A stretch of DNA of 64,000 nt from Mytilus trossulus (GCF_036588685.1 NC_086381.1:61752001-61816000); one strand, 5' to 3'. Counted from the stretch's first letter, positions 1-13,070 are shown. Numbers and translations: made by a program. The notes: generated by a model from the letters alone, not told the origin.

Positions 1-1845
1 TTCAGTTTGTACATGACTAATGAATTCAAGACAGATATATTTATGTTTATCGGACAAATGTAGTGTATTTAATAAAAAAAAAGTGTTAAATTTATGTAAA
101 TAGTACAGAATCAAAAATCGAATAGGGTTGTGTTTTAATGTGGAATCGAGATGGCCAAATTCAAAAAGTATATCAAAAGCATAATAATAGTTCTTGATAG
201 CAACATCTTATAAAAAGAAATTATGTCAGTTACTTGGTGTAATACAAATGAATGCTTATTTCCTGTGAATCAAATACAGTTCATATACATGTATAGTCAT
301 TTCGGGGCCTTTTACATGTATAGAGCAGACTATGCGGTATGGGTCTTGCTCATTGATGAAGACCGTACGGTGACTTATAGTTGTTAACATGTGTGTCGTG
401 CTGTCTCATTTGCAATTATACCACACCTTCTTTTTTTATATTTGTTCGTAAAATGTAAAATGTTGATACTCTGACCGAGGGCGCACGTTAAATAATGTCA
501 GTTTTATTGTATAAATCCTGACTCGTATGCAGTTTGCAATTTTTTGAAGTTCAAGCGCAATTATTTTATCAATTACCAGGAAGACACACATGAAACATCA
601 CATTAAATGATGTTACGTTTTTTTTATGAACAACATTTTTCACTTTTTATCCTTTGATACAAAACATAAAAATATCTGTCTTGAATTTATTAGTCATGTA
701 TAAATGTACAGTGACCTTTGAACTACATGTATTATTAACGCATACACACGTTGATTTTGTATGTTTATGCAAAAGGAAACTTCAGAGAGTCAATGTTAAA
801 AAGAGGAAACATAGAATAAGTGATGAAAATAATTCGTATTAGAAAAAATGTCAAAGAAAACAAAATAAGTCAAAATTCCCGAAGGACAGAAAAGGTGTAT
901 TTCCTACTAATAAACAGACGTTCGTAAAAAATCAATAAGAAATGGCATACCTTTTTATTATTTTGTTGTCACACTGAAAGGTCACTGTAAAGTCTGTATA
1001 TGGAGTTGTGCTTGAAATAAGCATGCATACATGTAGACTGTACGGCCTAGCAATACATGTACATCTGTTGTTATGAAGTAAATGAGAAGATTGCATGTAT
1101 GGTGTATTGATTAAGTATAATGTTAACATATACATGTTTTTTAAAGGTTACAAAACTAAATGCGCTTACTTTTGCGAATTTCTTTCCATATTCAAGTATG
1201 CTAGGAGTAGTACAGAAAAGTTTGTTCATTACCAATTAATAGTAACAAGGATAAGTTTTCATGCTCTGAATGCTACCTTAATGATACGTTTACTGCGTGT
1301 GGTGCAACTTCCAAAACAATAAATTTTAGAAAGCATTAAACGAAACTTAAATGAGTTTATTTAGCACAGATAATCTTCGTTCATATTGACATGTCTTGGT
1401 GTCTTTATGTCAACTGTTACGTTTTGTACACGTATATACATTTCTGAAAAGCGTGTCTCGCCTCAGCGAACATTTAGTAAAAGTGGGGTTCGTGTTGTTT
1501 ATTCTTTAGTTTTCTATGTTGTGTCATGTGTACTATTGTTTGTCTGTTTGTCTTTTTTTATTTTTAGCCATGGCGTTGTCCGTTTGTTTTAGATTTACGA
1601 GTTTGACTGTCCCTTTGGTATCTTTCGTCCCTCTTTTAGTTCAGTCTCTAACTGTTGGCAAGATATGTTGACAACTCTGGGCAACTGAGATAATTCCGGA
1701 TGTTTATAGGGGCTCGTGCAGCTCACGCTTTATTTTCTATGTTGTGTTTTGTGTACTGTTGTTTCTCTTTTCTCATTTTTTCGCCGTGGCATCAAATTGT
1801 CAGTTTGATTTCGACTAATATTTTTTTAATATGCCTTGTTTATAA

Positions 1846-2696
1846 AGCCTCTGTCACACCTTACCGGATAGCACGAACGGACACCTAACGGATGAAAATA
1901 AAAGTTGTCTGTTGACAAAATTGTTATCCGTTGTGAGTCCGTTGATGTACAATGTACTGACCGAATAAAACGGACGTGTAACGGATGCATAACGGACACA
2001 CAACGTATATGCAACGTACGAGAAACGGAAACGTACCGGACAGAACGGATGTCGAACGTACATCCAACGGACGAGTACCGCATAAAACGGACACCTAACG
2101 AAAGCGAACCGGATAAAACGGACGAACAAGATATACGGAAAAATCAAAGGCGACAATAATAATACATGTAATTCGCATAAATATTCAAAATGTGCTAAGA
2201 TCGATTATGAATATTAAGAATTCACGAACCTTAAGAAGTCTGACATACCAATACTAGTAATTAGCATTTCAAACGCAAACTTTTCATTTGACATTTATCC
2301 GTTTTAGATCCGTTCATCATCCGTTTTATCCGTTATACGTCCGGTATGAGTCCGTTTTTCATCCGTTCAACATCCGTTTTATCCGTTAAACGTCCGGTAG
2401 ATGTCCGTTGACGAATTTATCTTCCAGACCTCCAACAGATGTATAACGGACACGTACGTAACGAATACAAAACGGAAACGAAACGGACGAGTACCGTACA
2501 AAACGGACGTTCAACGGACATTTTATCCGTTCAAAGTTTTGAACATGCTCAAAGTTTTCCACCGAACAGAACGGACGTCAACGGATAAAACGTACGCTTA
2601 TCGGACATGCAACGGATATGGACAGATAAGAACGGATTGAAAAAAGTTATCCGTTAGGCGTCCGTTCGAGCTATTCGGTAAGGTGTAACCGAGGCT
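1846..2696. mobile_element. PIF/Harbinger-type MITE (851 bp)
   Basis: ~48-bp TIRs (agcctctgtcacaccttaccggatagcacgaacgg / ccgttcgagctattcggtaaggtgtaaccgaggct). TAA TSD at 1843-1845 and 2697-2699. Empty site (gta-taa-gaca) in copy B near 22074. Dense internal AACGGA motifs. Confidence 0.88.
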
Positions 2697-2770
2697 TAAG
2701 ATAAATATAGATGTTAAGGTTGATCAAGATCATAGTGTTTGTCCTAATTTACTCGTATTATCTATGCTTG

Positions 2771-2844
2771 TTAATGTTTGTGTCAATTTGGTCTTTTGTT
2801 GAAAGTTGTCTCATTGGCAACCATACCACATCTTCTTTTTTATA
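2771..2844 (+). mobile_element. Short truncated copy of the abundant ...gttgtctcattggcaa(t/c)cataccacatcttcttttttata repeat
   Basis: Absent at the matching site in copy B (atgc-ttg-aca, ~22146). Flanked by TTG on both sides. Confidence 0.8.
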
Positions 2845-4584
2845 TTGACATACATGTATCTGCGAGATTCTATATGAATGGCTTCATTAAACGAACAGAG
2901 GCAAAAGATGATCTGGGCAAGGTCTTAAAATCACATGGCAATGTGTCTGGTAATATTGGAAGCTTCTTCGCATCTACAATTAAGTGTAAGTATATGGGTT
3001 GTCACATATCTGCAAAATTTCTAGTATCCAATTAGGAATAAATGCAAAGAGAGTTATAAATACTTGTATGATGAATAGTTATAATAAGATATCTACTGGT
3101 ACCATTTAACTTATATACAAAACGTATATGACTTTTGTATACACTGTAGCGTTGTCGTTTTTATATGGATTCGTGTTTGTCGGTGTGTTATTTTGGTAGC
3201 GTAAATAACGTAAAATCCATGTTCAAATGGCACAAAGAAAACAAACCACAACACAAAGTTTCAGATCAAATCACTATGTAATCTGTAAATAAATATCAGT
3301 TTGACATAATAAAACAGTTGAACAATAATCCTTATTCAATAACACAATATTACTCTCAGCACTTCTAACTAACAATCTATCTATTCTCTTTTACTCTGAT
3401 CTCTCTCGCATACCCTTATATACTTAACACATGACATGAGTAAAATCTCTTTGTTCTTACTGTGGTATAATCTGGATAATGCACAGCAAAGGTGTGCATT
3501 AACTACCTCAGATATACTGCACAGTTCAAATCTATGTTTACCTTTAGGGTCGGTTCCTACATGTAGATATTTAAGGGGCGTTATTCTATCAAATTAAAAA
3601 ACATTTTTTGAGTGTAGCGAGACTAAGCACAATATTGACTATTTTTAGCTAAAACACGATACTGTCTAATACTAGGATGACGACATATTAGCCCCCCCCC
3701 CCCCCCCCCCCCCCCCCCGAACCATCACTCTGCCTTTAAATTTCAACAAATTGAACTTGGTACAAACATCGTAGTTTCAAAATAGGAAAACTGAAAGGTT
3801 TCTTATTCCTTTTTTATCATCTTAGCTTGAACATTAAATGTTTTATTATATTTTGTGTAGAACATAAATCTTAAATCAGTGTTTCAAATTCAGAAAGATG
3901 GTTAAAACATTTTTTGGGTAATTTCTGCCAAAAAAGAAATGTATCTAAGAATATCCGAATAAAAGAAATCTGATTTGGATTAGTTTTAGACTTAATGGAA
4001 ATTATAACTACTTTTTAAATATCTATTCCCCATATTTTTGGATCGAATTTAAAGTGGTCATGTTAAGTTTCTTTTAAAACACGGAGATTAGCTGGAGATC
4101 AAACATATTTCATTTAGATGATCGTGTCTTAAAAATTAATACAGTAGATAAAAAGCAACTTCGGAGAGGTCGTAAAAGATAGGAAAGAGAAACGTACTTT
4201 TGTTTATTCAACATTTAAAATTTAGGTAATCTTTCTCGGTTTATCTTTCTCTTTTAAAGCATATCAGTGAAGGAAAGAAATTCAAAAGCTAAATAACCCG
4301 TTCAGTTATGTTTTCATACAACGATTTGAAAGTACACAATTTGTCAAATTCTTAATCGTCACTTATTAAATAAAAAATGGGAACAGATTTAACAGAAACA
4401 TTAAAAAAAAAATTACCTTTAAATCTCACGTTTACAATAAGTCTAAACTAAAAAAAAGTTAGCAATTCAAAACTTACTCAAGTCGATTTTCCCCCCTTTC
4501 TTTTCCCTAAAGCCTACAAGGAACTTTCCTAGGATCCTTGGAACATCGTCCACATCTAAAACGTTCTCGTAAATTAATGACGTC

Positions 4585-4755
4585 ATGTGTTAAAACAGTT
4601 ATTGGCCAATCAAATCGGTATATAGAGGTTAATCTGCACGCTCAGGGTGGCCCTCTAACCCGAACTCCTACGTCGTTTGGGTTAATAAGGGTCACCTGAG
4701 CTGCCCAGATTAACATCTTTATACCGACTTGCTTGGTCAAAAACTATAACATAAT
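4585..4755. mobile_element. Palindromic (hairpin) miniature element inside the TG..CA insert
   Basis: Imperfect inverted arms (tcggtatatagaggttaatctg / cagattaacatctttataccga) centred on aacccgaac-tcctacgtc-gtttgggtt. Confidence 0.65.
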
Positions 4756-4760
4756 TACAA

Positions 4761-4927
4761 GCGGTACCTCAACGATTCCAAAGATGGGATACCGGGCGGA
4801 TATCTAGATACCGGGCGGTACCTAAACTGTTCTAAAGATTGGTTACCGGGCGGTACCCTGACAGTTTCAAAGATGGGGTTCCGGACTGTACTCCGACGGT
4901 TCCTAAGATGGGGTACCGGGCGGTTCT
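4761..4927. repeat. GC-rich minisatellite, ~35-bp unit, ~4-5 copies
   Basis: Repeated aagatgggg-taccgggcggtacc units. Confidence 0.8.
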
Positions 4928-6354
4928 TAAGATACGTGAATTTACATGATAAAGTTACCGTTTAAATAAATAAAAATACTGGGCATTGCCCTATAGAAAT
5001 GTAATTTAACCAAACGTATTAAAAAAAAAAGACATCTTACATAATGATAAATTATACAGTCAAACTATTAAAAGTCGCTACAACACTGTATTTCTTTCGG
5101 TTTTTTTTTCACGATTGTTTCTGAATAAAAATCTTGCATTTTGTTTCCTTAATATACTTTATCTTTATTGTAGGTCCATGTTCACCTATAATGGGTGCAA
5201 ATAAGCAAATTTTAAATATTATTATCAATTTATTTTGTTGTTATACCTTTTTTCTTGTTTATGCTATTTACCAGCAAATGCTATAGGCCTTATAATTCTT
5301 AAAAATGCATCTATCAATATAAAGTTATTGCTTTGTCCTAAGTTTTACAAAGTTTGTGGTTATACTGTCAAACATATGAATATATACATGCATTTCTTAT
5401 ATAATTAATTCCATGCATAATTATGCAACAAAGCCATTAAAGTCAGGTTACAACAAATTACCTCTTTTTGAAAGAATTAAGGTAAGATAAATTAAATATT
5501 TATCTGCGTATTAAAATTATCTTCGCATCAAAAATCTCAACAGTGTGCAATGTTTATTCTTAGAAAAAAGAATCGTCAAATAAACTAGAAATTAAGCTTA
5601 AACAAATAATATTCAAGTTAATTCTGATTATCGTTCTTAGTCCGCTGCTAATGCTAGAGTGAACAATAAATTCTATTGAAATAGTCTTCAATTACAGGTT
5701 CATTTTTGCATGATATAGTTACGAATCACATTTCTAACATCTGTATCAACCGTAAAATATATATCTAGACATGTAAAAATTAAAATCACATAAAACTCAA
5801 AACGGAAAGTCCCTTATCCAAAGGCAAAATGAAACGACAAAAAACACCAAACGAATGGACAACAACCGTCATACACCTGACTTGGTACAGACATTTTAAA
5901 ATGTAGAAAGTCGTTGATTAAATCGGGTTTTATAACGCTAAACCTCTCAATTGTATAGCAGTCGTTTCAAATTCCGTTATATTTACAACGATGCGTGAAC
6001 AAAACGGACACAATAGGTAAAATAATCAAAATATGGTTACAGCAGTCATCACTGCATTACAATCTCAAAACAAACAAACAATCACAAAAAACATCTATCA
6101 AATTAAAAAAAGCATTCGTTGTAAAATACATTAATTTTATAGTTATTTTCCTCATTATTCGTCTGTTTGGTTCTACAAACTGAATTTAATACAAGAAAGC
6201 ATTCTGACAATTATCGGTTTAGGTGTTGCTCATTGCTGAAGGTCGTGCGGTGGCCTAAAGTTGCTAACTTCTATGGTATAAGGTATCTGCTGGAGATAAA
6301 AACATATTAATTTTTACACAAGTGTACACCAACTCATCGCATGCATTATACTAT

Positions 6355-6953
6355 ATTCTACCATGACGTCCTTCAAACGCTTTGAGTACACACCCGTGGT
6401 AAAATATGAATATATTGGTTGGGCTGTTCCGATTGTACTCCCACGTCACATGATTGTTTATGAATGAAGTACACGACGTCATAGAATAATGAAGTAGTAA
6501 TTTAAGCATTTTACGGGAAAATACACGCTTCTGATACCGAAAATCATCACAACACAGAAACGGTAACAAACGATGCTAAAATGAGGTATAAGCCCTTTTT
6601 TTTATATACATAGAAGATATATAGGTAAATTATCATTAAAATTCATCCAAATTTATCTAAATATGTTATTTTAAATAGTTTGAGCATGTCACTAATTCTG
6701 TTTCCTCCGATCTGTACCGCCAATCTAAAAGTGCGTTAATTTATGGGAACGGCAAATATTTGCCTCCACCTAAAGCGCTTCGATCCAAAAGAATTGCCGT
6801 ATTTGTCTTATTAGAATCGAAATAATTCATGGGGGCTTGAATATATCTAAATTTTACTACGGGTTATTTTATCGCTCAGGGTAAAATATTTGTCATAAAG
6901 GCCAACCCGTGGTAAAATCACGATATATTCAAGCCCCCATGAATTATTTCTTA
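6355..6953. mobile_element. Non-autonomous element with a long 3' hairpin, ending ...atttctta(a)
   Basis: Absent in copy B (ctat|aatagtt at ~24360). Second family member at 31387-32524. Terminal hairpin aataattcatgggggcttgaatatatc / gatatattcaagcccccatgaattatt (6822-6949). No clear TSD. Confidence 0.8.
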
Positions 6954-8774
6954 AATAGTTCGCTCACTGAGGTACACATGAACTATTGGCTAATTTGGAT
7001 TTAATCAAACCTTTTTTGCCACTATTTAATATTTTTCAATCGACCACAAGACATATTTTTTTTAACAATACGGTTATAGTAAAAGCATAATTATGATGCT
7101 CTATGATCTGATATGAATTGTCGTTAAGTTCGTAAAATGAGTTGCAAGACAGGCGCAAACAATGGAGAAAAGGTTTATACATGAGGTTTGTGTTGATCAG
7201 GTTTTAGGTTCTAGTTTTATATGTTTGTTTCTTCTTCATGTATTGTTTACACTTTTGTATTAAAAAGCTGTACGATCTTCAACTTATTTGTTGCATTGTC
7301 CCCTTGGTGCATGTCCATAGGTAAATTAATGAACTTAATTATTTTGAAACTTCATAATATTAGTTATATTCGTGTTTCATGTTTCTTGATCCCTTGTAAT
7401 GTTCTTCTTTTTCAATGAATTTAGCCTCACCGAGTCTTAAGTTTCAATATTGTTAACATGTTTGACATTCCGTGTCTCGTCCTTTATACTCGAGGTGATA
7501 TCGATGTATTGCTCTCGCCTAAATTTCCATTATGCATAAATTATGCAAATTAGTTTGGGGTTTTCAACAGATCTATAAAAATTATAGATCCGCGGTCATT
7601 ACAAGTGAATAAAAGACAAAGTGCATTTTTTATACCTGCTATTCCGTTCTCCGTTCATACGATGTTTCAACAAAATATGGAATCATTTCAGTTGTCTGTT
7701 TAGTACTGAAAAATTGACTGAATTATCTTTAATAAAATACGCTTTTATATGTTTAATTAGATTTAAGAAAGAGGTCAAGGGCTCTTGTTCATTCATAAAA
7801 TTATCGTTCATTCATAAATTAATCGTAAAATCAAAACCACTACACAGGTCACACAGGTTATAAATACGTCGTGTCAAATGATAACTTGTAATCTAAAAAA
7901 ACTGACGGACTTACAACAACAGATGGAAGTTTTGAACGACCTTGACTGGCTATACAACCCTTGCACGGTCAGTTGACATACTCAACTGACTCCCCCTACC
8001 AATGGATCTGAAATTTATTTCACATATTTTCGATATATGGAAGATAATAATGGTAATATTAATAAAAATTTTAATTTAACTAAGGTAACACGTTTAATAA
8101 TATAATTTCTCGCAATGTTTCCTAAAAATTGATAAATATCAAAGAAACATAGATCTGTTTGTTCTTGTTCGTAAATTGACTATTTAATGTCATGTTTGTC
8201 TGGTATGACCCCCTATTTCGGGATTGCATCAGAATTATAGTTATCTCGTATCGCATGAGGATGACACATATCAACTGAGCAATTATGTTAGGGACTTAGT
8301 TTAAAGAAATCCTGTCAAGGTAACATTATGAAAATATTTTTGTAAGCTGAAATATATATTTATTTTTTACATGTTTATGTCTTGTAAGATATTTTATTTT
8401 TGTCCCGTTTTTCGTCTGGAAAGTTGAAATATTTTAACTGAATGGTTATATAATTTAAAGTAATTATGAAAATTGTTAAAATTAAATCAATGAAAAATAA
8501 TAAATTGCCCAGTTAGGGACGACATCAAAAGATCAATGTAGGATAACAAGAAAAACTTAAATCAAATAGTTTCGGGGTGAGGGTAAAACTCCTGCAAGTT
8601 TTGTTTATACGACATTGATTTTTACATATATCCATATTGGTCAATCAATGTTTCCAAAATTAAGTTAAAGGAGGGGAAGGGGGTTTGGGGGGGGGGGGGG
8701 GCGGATAAACTTGTTGTCTCCTGGCAAATGCCTGGTGAAATATAAAACATATTGAAAATGTGTTCATGCTAAAT

Positions 8775-9048
8775 AGATATAGGAAGATGTGGTGTGAGTG
8801 CCAATGAGACAACTCTCCATCCAAATAACAATTTAAAAAGTAAACCATTATAGGTTAAAGTACGGCCTTCAACACGAAGCCTTGGCTCACACCGAACAAC
8901 AAGCAATAAAGGGCCTCAAAATTACTAGTGTAAAACCATTCAAACTGGAAAACCAACGGTCTTATATATATAAACAAAACGAGAAACGAAAAACACGTAT
9001 ATATTACATAAACAAACGACAACTACTGTACATCAGATTCCTGACTTA
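8775..9048 (-). mobile_element. Dispersed repeat, 'ataggaagatgtggtgtgagtgccaatgagacaact' subfamily
   Basis: Same core recurs at ~290-440, 20530-20665, 26275-26385, 30115-30245, 32142-32380, 33110-33370, 41425-41640, 57075-57160 and 61465-61520. Confidence 0.8.
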
Positions 9049-10110
9049 GCACATTAAAGTCTTTTATTGATATAAAGTTAAAACCTTCTTGCTTCTCACA
9101 AGACAACACTCATGTCCTTTCAGGTTTAGTTCTTATTAATTATGTGGATGAAAAATAAAGGTCCACAAACATTAGCATGGCAGCAATTGCTTGTATAGTC
9201 TACCCAACACCTATACTAAAATTAATTTGACTCGATTAATTTTCATAAAACTTTGACGAAGTATTCAATTTGACCCTTTGATAAAAATATAAAAAAAATC
9301 AAAAAATTTGAACCAACCGTTTTATTAGAAAAATTACACTGGTTATATAGCAGTTTGAAAAACACTCATTTTGATCACTGAGAAGCTTAATATTCCATCA
9401 AAGGGAAATCACACTATTGTTTATACGCATCGCTCTCGGCGCCGCTATAGTGTCGTAACTGTATTATGACGTCGCCGTTTTCGTGTCCGTCGTAAAGGTT
9501 TCTAATTTGAAAAATAACGATCCGCTCGAAGGGACGTTCTGTCATGGTGTAAATTTCTGTGATTTTATTTCATATTTATGTTGTTACAAACTTTCACAAA
9601 TCCATATGTCGTAATCTTCTTAAAGTACAATTAGTTAAATAGAACTTAATGTCATTTTGAGATAACGGATTAAGCTTAACAAGTTCTCGTGAATAGACAA
9701 AATTTGTCAAATTTGTATTAATTAGTGTCATTCTATATTAGAGTAACTCAACATTTGTTATAAAAAGAAACATTCAGAAATTATGGTCAGTGAGGATTAC
9801 CGAACGTTAGAATACGGAACTCGTATTGCTACTTTTAAGGACTCTCAAACGGACTGTGCCGTTGTTATTGTTTTATGGACTTCCATATGTAACTTTGATT
9901 TATGTAACTATATTGAGATAATTTGATTCAAAAATAGAACATTGAAAGTACAACCTGTGTATTTCTTATTTATTTAAATCTACCGCTAGTTCCCCCGTGT
10001 TGTAAAATTACAATACGTCAGTTCCACTCAAGCGGGAGAAATGACAATGAACATATCATATTTTTTTTTAGAACTGTTATAATTAAATAAAAAATACATG
10101 TCCACAAAAA

Positions 10111-10282
10111 AGGGTCTGATTGTATTGGGGTAAATTTACGGAATACAGAATAATGGGCAAATACTGCAGAATAAAAGGCAAAAAAACAGATGAATAGAGA
10201 ATGAAGCTTAAATATAAAGAATAAAAAATACTGGTAACACAACATTAATATTAATAAACGGACGACCCTCTATCCAGACCCT
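10111..10282. mobile_element. Small MITE with agggtctg/cagaccct termini and internal GAATA repeats
   Basis: Short inverted termini and periodic gaata motif. Architecture parallels 30884-31114. Confidence 0.5.
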
Positions 10283-11264
10283 AATGATAAAAAAACATAT
10301 CAATACAAGTCAAAACACCTAATCATCATGATTAATCAACACTAAGAACGATGGAAATTCATAGCATATTCAATATAATTTAGTACCCTCTCGGACCATT
10401 TTCTCGAAACCGAAGTTAGTGACAAATACTTTTCTTTGGCAGCATATCGTCGCAATGTGGTATATAGAGTTCATGGTATATTTTCGGGAGGAGGGAGAGG
10501 GGGTACAAATAAACCAAGAGTAGCAGCATGTAAGCGTACACCTTTCGAAATCTCAGTCGAACAGAGAGTTGTAAATAGGAACAATGAGTTTTTACAGTTT
10601 TCTCATATCAAATGCATGAAACGTCATAACTATAGTTTTTTTTTTATACTACATGTATAAATAATTCATCAAAAATCTCATTTGATATTTATATTTATCC
10701 AGCGCAGCCTGTCGGGTCAATACAAAGCAGGGTCAAAATTAATATGTTCTAGTTCTGAATACTTGTATGCACTAAACTTGCCACTGAACGTAAATAATGT
10801 TTGAAGTGGTATTTGATCTCGTTTTTTATTTCACATGTGACGACAGAAATAATTCAAGTGTCGTCCATCTTTCCCGAATGTTCCTTTGGCATTCAATGCC
10901 TCTCATTTTTTAAGGGGGGAAGGATGAAAACGAGTGATTTGTAGAGTAATCATATTTATTGAAATATTCAATTATAAAACGTTAATATAATAACGAAAAT
11001 CATCCAAAATTTTACATCGGTTGCTGGCTGTCGAAATCAAAGAAACTTTAGCACCGTATTGTATGGTACATGATACTCAATCTCTCTTAAATGCTTTGTT
11101 CCTGCTAACATTTGGGCACACATTTTGTAGTATTTCTTCAAACTGTCGTTAGCGAACTGAAGGACCAGCAAGTAAGAAATAAGGCCGCTAGACGTCAAAT
11201 AATCTGGGAATATCAAACACTATGAATAGTTATATATTTTAGTACTATTGATGACCTACACCAA

Positions 11265-12283
11265 CAACAATAAAATGCTACGCTGAGCGCAGCCTGATAC
11301 GCCCGAAGAGGTTGAACAGTTTTGGCACTGACGTTTGGACACAATATCCAAGCTTGATATATATATACTAGGGAATTTGGACTGTGATCAAATTTTTTAC
11401 ATAATAAAGGTTTCTGACACAAAATAAATATAGTCGAAGGTCTTACAAAACTATTGTGCAATCGGAGATTTCTTCTTGATATATTTCAAAAAATTAGAAA
11501 TTTCAAAAAATTGCAGAAAAAAATTATGATCCACACACACCCCACCCCCACCCCATTCCTTTTGTGGTTATTACCCCAAAACTCAATCCCAGTCTTTCCT
11601 TTGTGGTGTGGAACCTTATAGTACAATTCTAGACAGATCCATATACTCAAACACAAGTTAGTGTAAAATTGTAAAACTAGTTAAATGCTTGTTTTTGAAA
11701 CCTAATTCCTGAACGTTTAGAGCAATTACAAGTACCCCCAACCTCAATTTGTGATATGAAACCTTGTGGTACAATTTCAGAGATATTCATTATTCTCAAT
11801 GTCATATAAGAAATTAATGAAAATCAAAACGGAATTTATATCAACAAATTTAAACAATTCATCAAAGTTGTATGAAAATTGGAAAAAGCATCTTAGAGTT
11901 AGGCGTACGAAAACTGGAAAAAGCCCCCCTTTTTAATGAATAAAACCCCATATCTTAGAATCGTACAATCGAAAATCTATAAAATTGAGCCTACATCAAT
12001 CGATATGAACAATGCACTAAAGTTTCATGGGAACTGCTGAAAGCACTTATTTAGTTATTGTCTGAAAACTTAAAAAAAACCTTTTTTAATAGTAACTCGG
12101 ACACGAAAAATCTAAAATTCATAAAAGACGAAAGGAAGCTCTCGTCAGTAGATACAAAAATATCACCAAAGTTTGTTGTCAATTGGTTGAAGCGTCCGAC
12201 ATATTGACGGATGGACGGACGGACGGACGGACGGACAACGGTATACCATGATACATGTATGTCCCGTAAACGGGCGTATACAA
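11265..12283 (-). mobile_element. Helentron-associated (HINE-like) non-autonomous element
   Basis: (GGAC)n microsatellite at 12207-12236 next to the hairpin cccgtaaacggg and cgtata end. The other end has the subterminal palindrome ctgagcgcag and the matching atacgccc motif. May be composite. Confidence 0.55.
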
Positions 12284-12341
12284 ATTTCTTAACACGTACT
12301 ATACATTTGGCTTTAAAAGTCTCCATCAAGAGAAATATTCA

Positions 12342-12368
<27 letters not shown>
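12342..12368. repeat. (CA)n microsatellite
   Basis: Direct reading. Confidence 0.95.
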
Positions 12369-12372
<4 letters not shown>

Positions 12373-13070
12373 TTTATGTAGATTTACATGTTTCACGGAG
12401 TACTGCTTAACTGTAACCAACACATTAATGGTCCGTCTGGTGAAGGAATATTCCACTAATATAGACAAAAGTTTTGTGCTGATGATCATGAAATATTCGC
12501 CACTGAAAATTTTGCAAAATTCATGAAAAAAATAAAAAAAATTAATAGTAATGCTAGTTCAAATCACTTGCCTGTGGTACGTACAGTCAGATTGTCGGAT
12601 TTCGACCATGATTGAAAAGAACGACTAGGTTTTTAATACAAAGGTATAGCTAATTAACCTCTCATTCTTTGGTTCTTTTAAAAAAAGAAGGCCAATATGA
12701 TATAGCAGAGAGTGCTTAAATGGACACACAGATTCAATCAGTTATTTCCAAATTAACTATCATCAATCAGTATTGGCAAACAAAAAGTACATATACCATC
12801 ATAAAAGATAAATATGATATACATTCAAAGAAAGAGAGTTTAACCAACAGAAAATAGAAACTGCAATATTCTTACTGTTAATTTCATCGGATCTCAAAAT
12901 GTGTATTTACTCTTTCCAAAATTTTGACTCTATCTAACAGTATAACTCGAAAGTTTCTAAGTGTAACTCTAGCTTTGACTAGAAATCTTACTCGAATAAA
13001 TGTCCGAAATCAAAATAAAACTCGAACTCAACCTGGGAGTCGAACTTAATTTGGTTCGATTATATATACA

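Larger units (their letters stand above)
3145..5082. mobile_element. TG...CA insertion with 4-bp TSD (solo-LTR-like, Gypsy-type termini), 1938 bp
   Basis: Termini TGTAGCG...CGCTACA. ACAC TSD at 3141-3144 and 5083-5086. Absent in copy B (~22477). No ORF. Confidence 0.75.
1..9200 (+). repeat. Segmental/tandem duplication copy A (upstream region of a C4-like paralog lying left of the window)
   Basis: Colinear with 20231-26530: both start ttcagtttgtacatgactaatgaattc and end ...catg(g/a)cagcaattgc. Differs by substitutions and several TE insertions. Confidence 0.95.

Noticed and set aside
1826-2640. Overlapping ORFs of 79-100 aa on both strands
   Set aside because: All lie inside the Harbinger MITE and arise from AACGGA repeats. 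No transposase motifs.
5995-6183. ORF conserved at 24001-24189
   Set aside because: Similarity is explained by the segmental duplication. GTG start inside a dispersed repeat, no sign of coding constraint.
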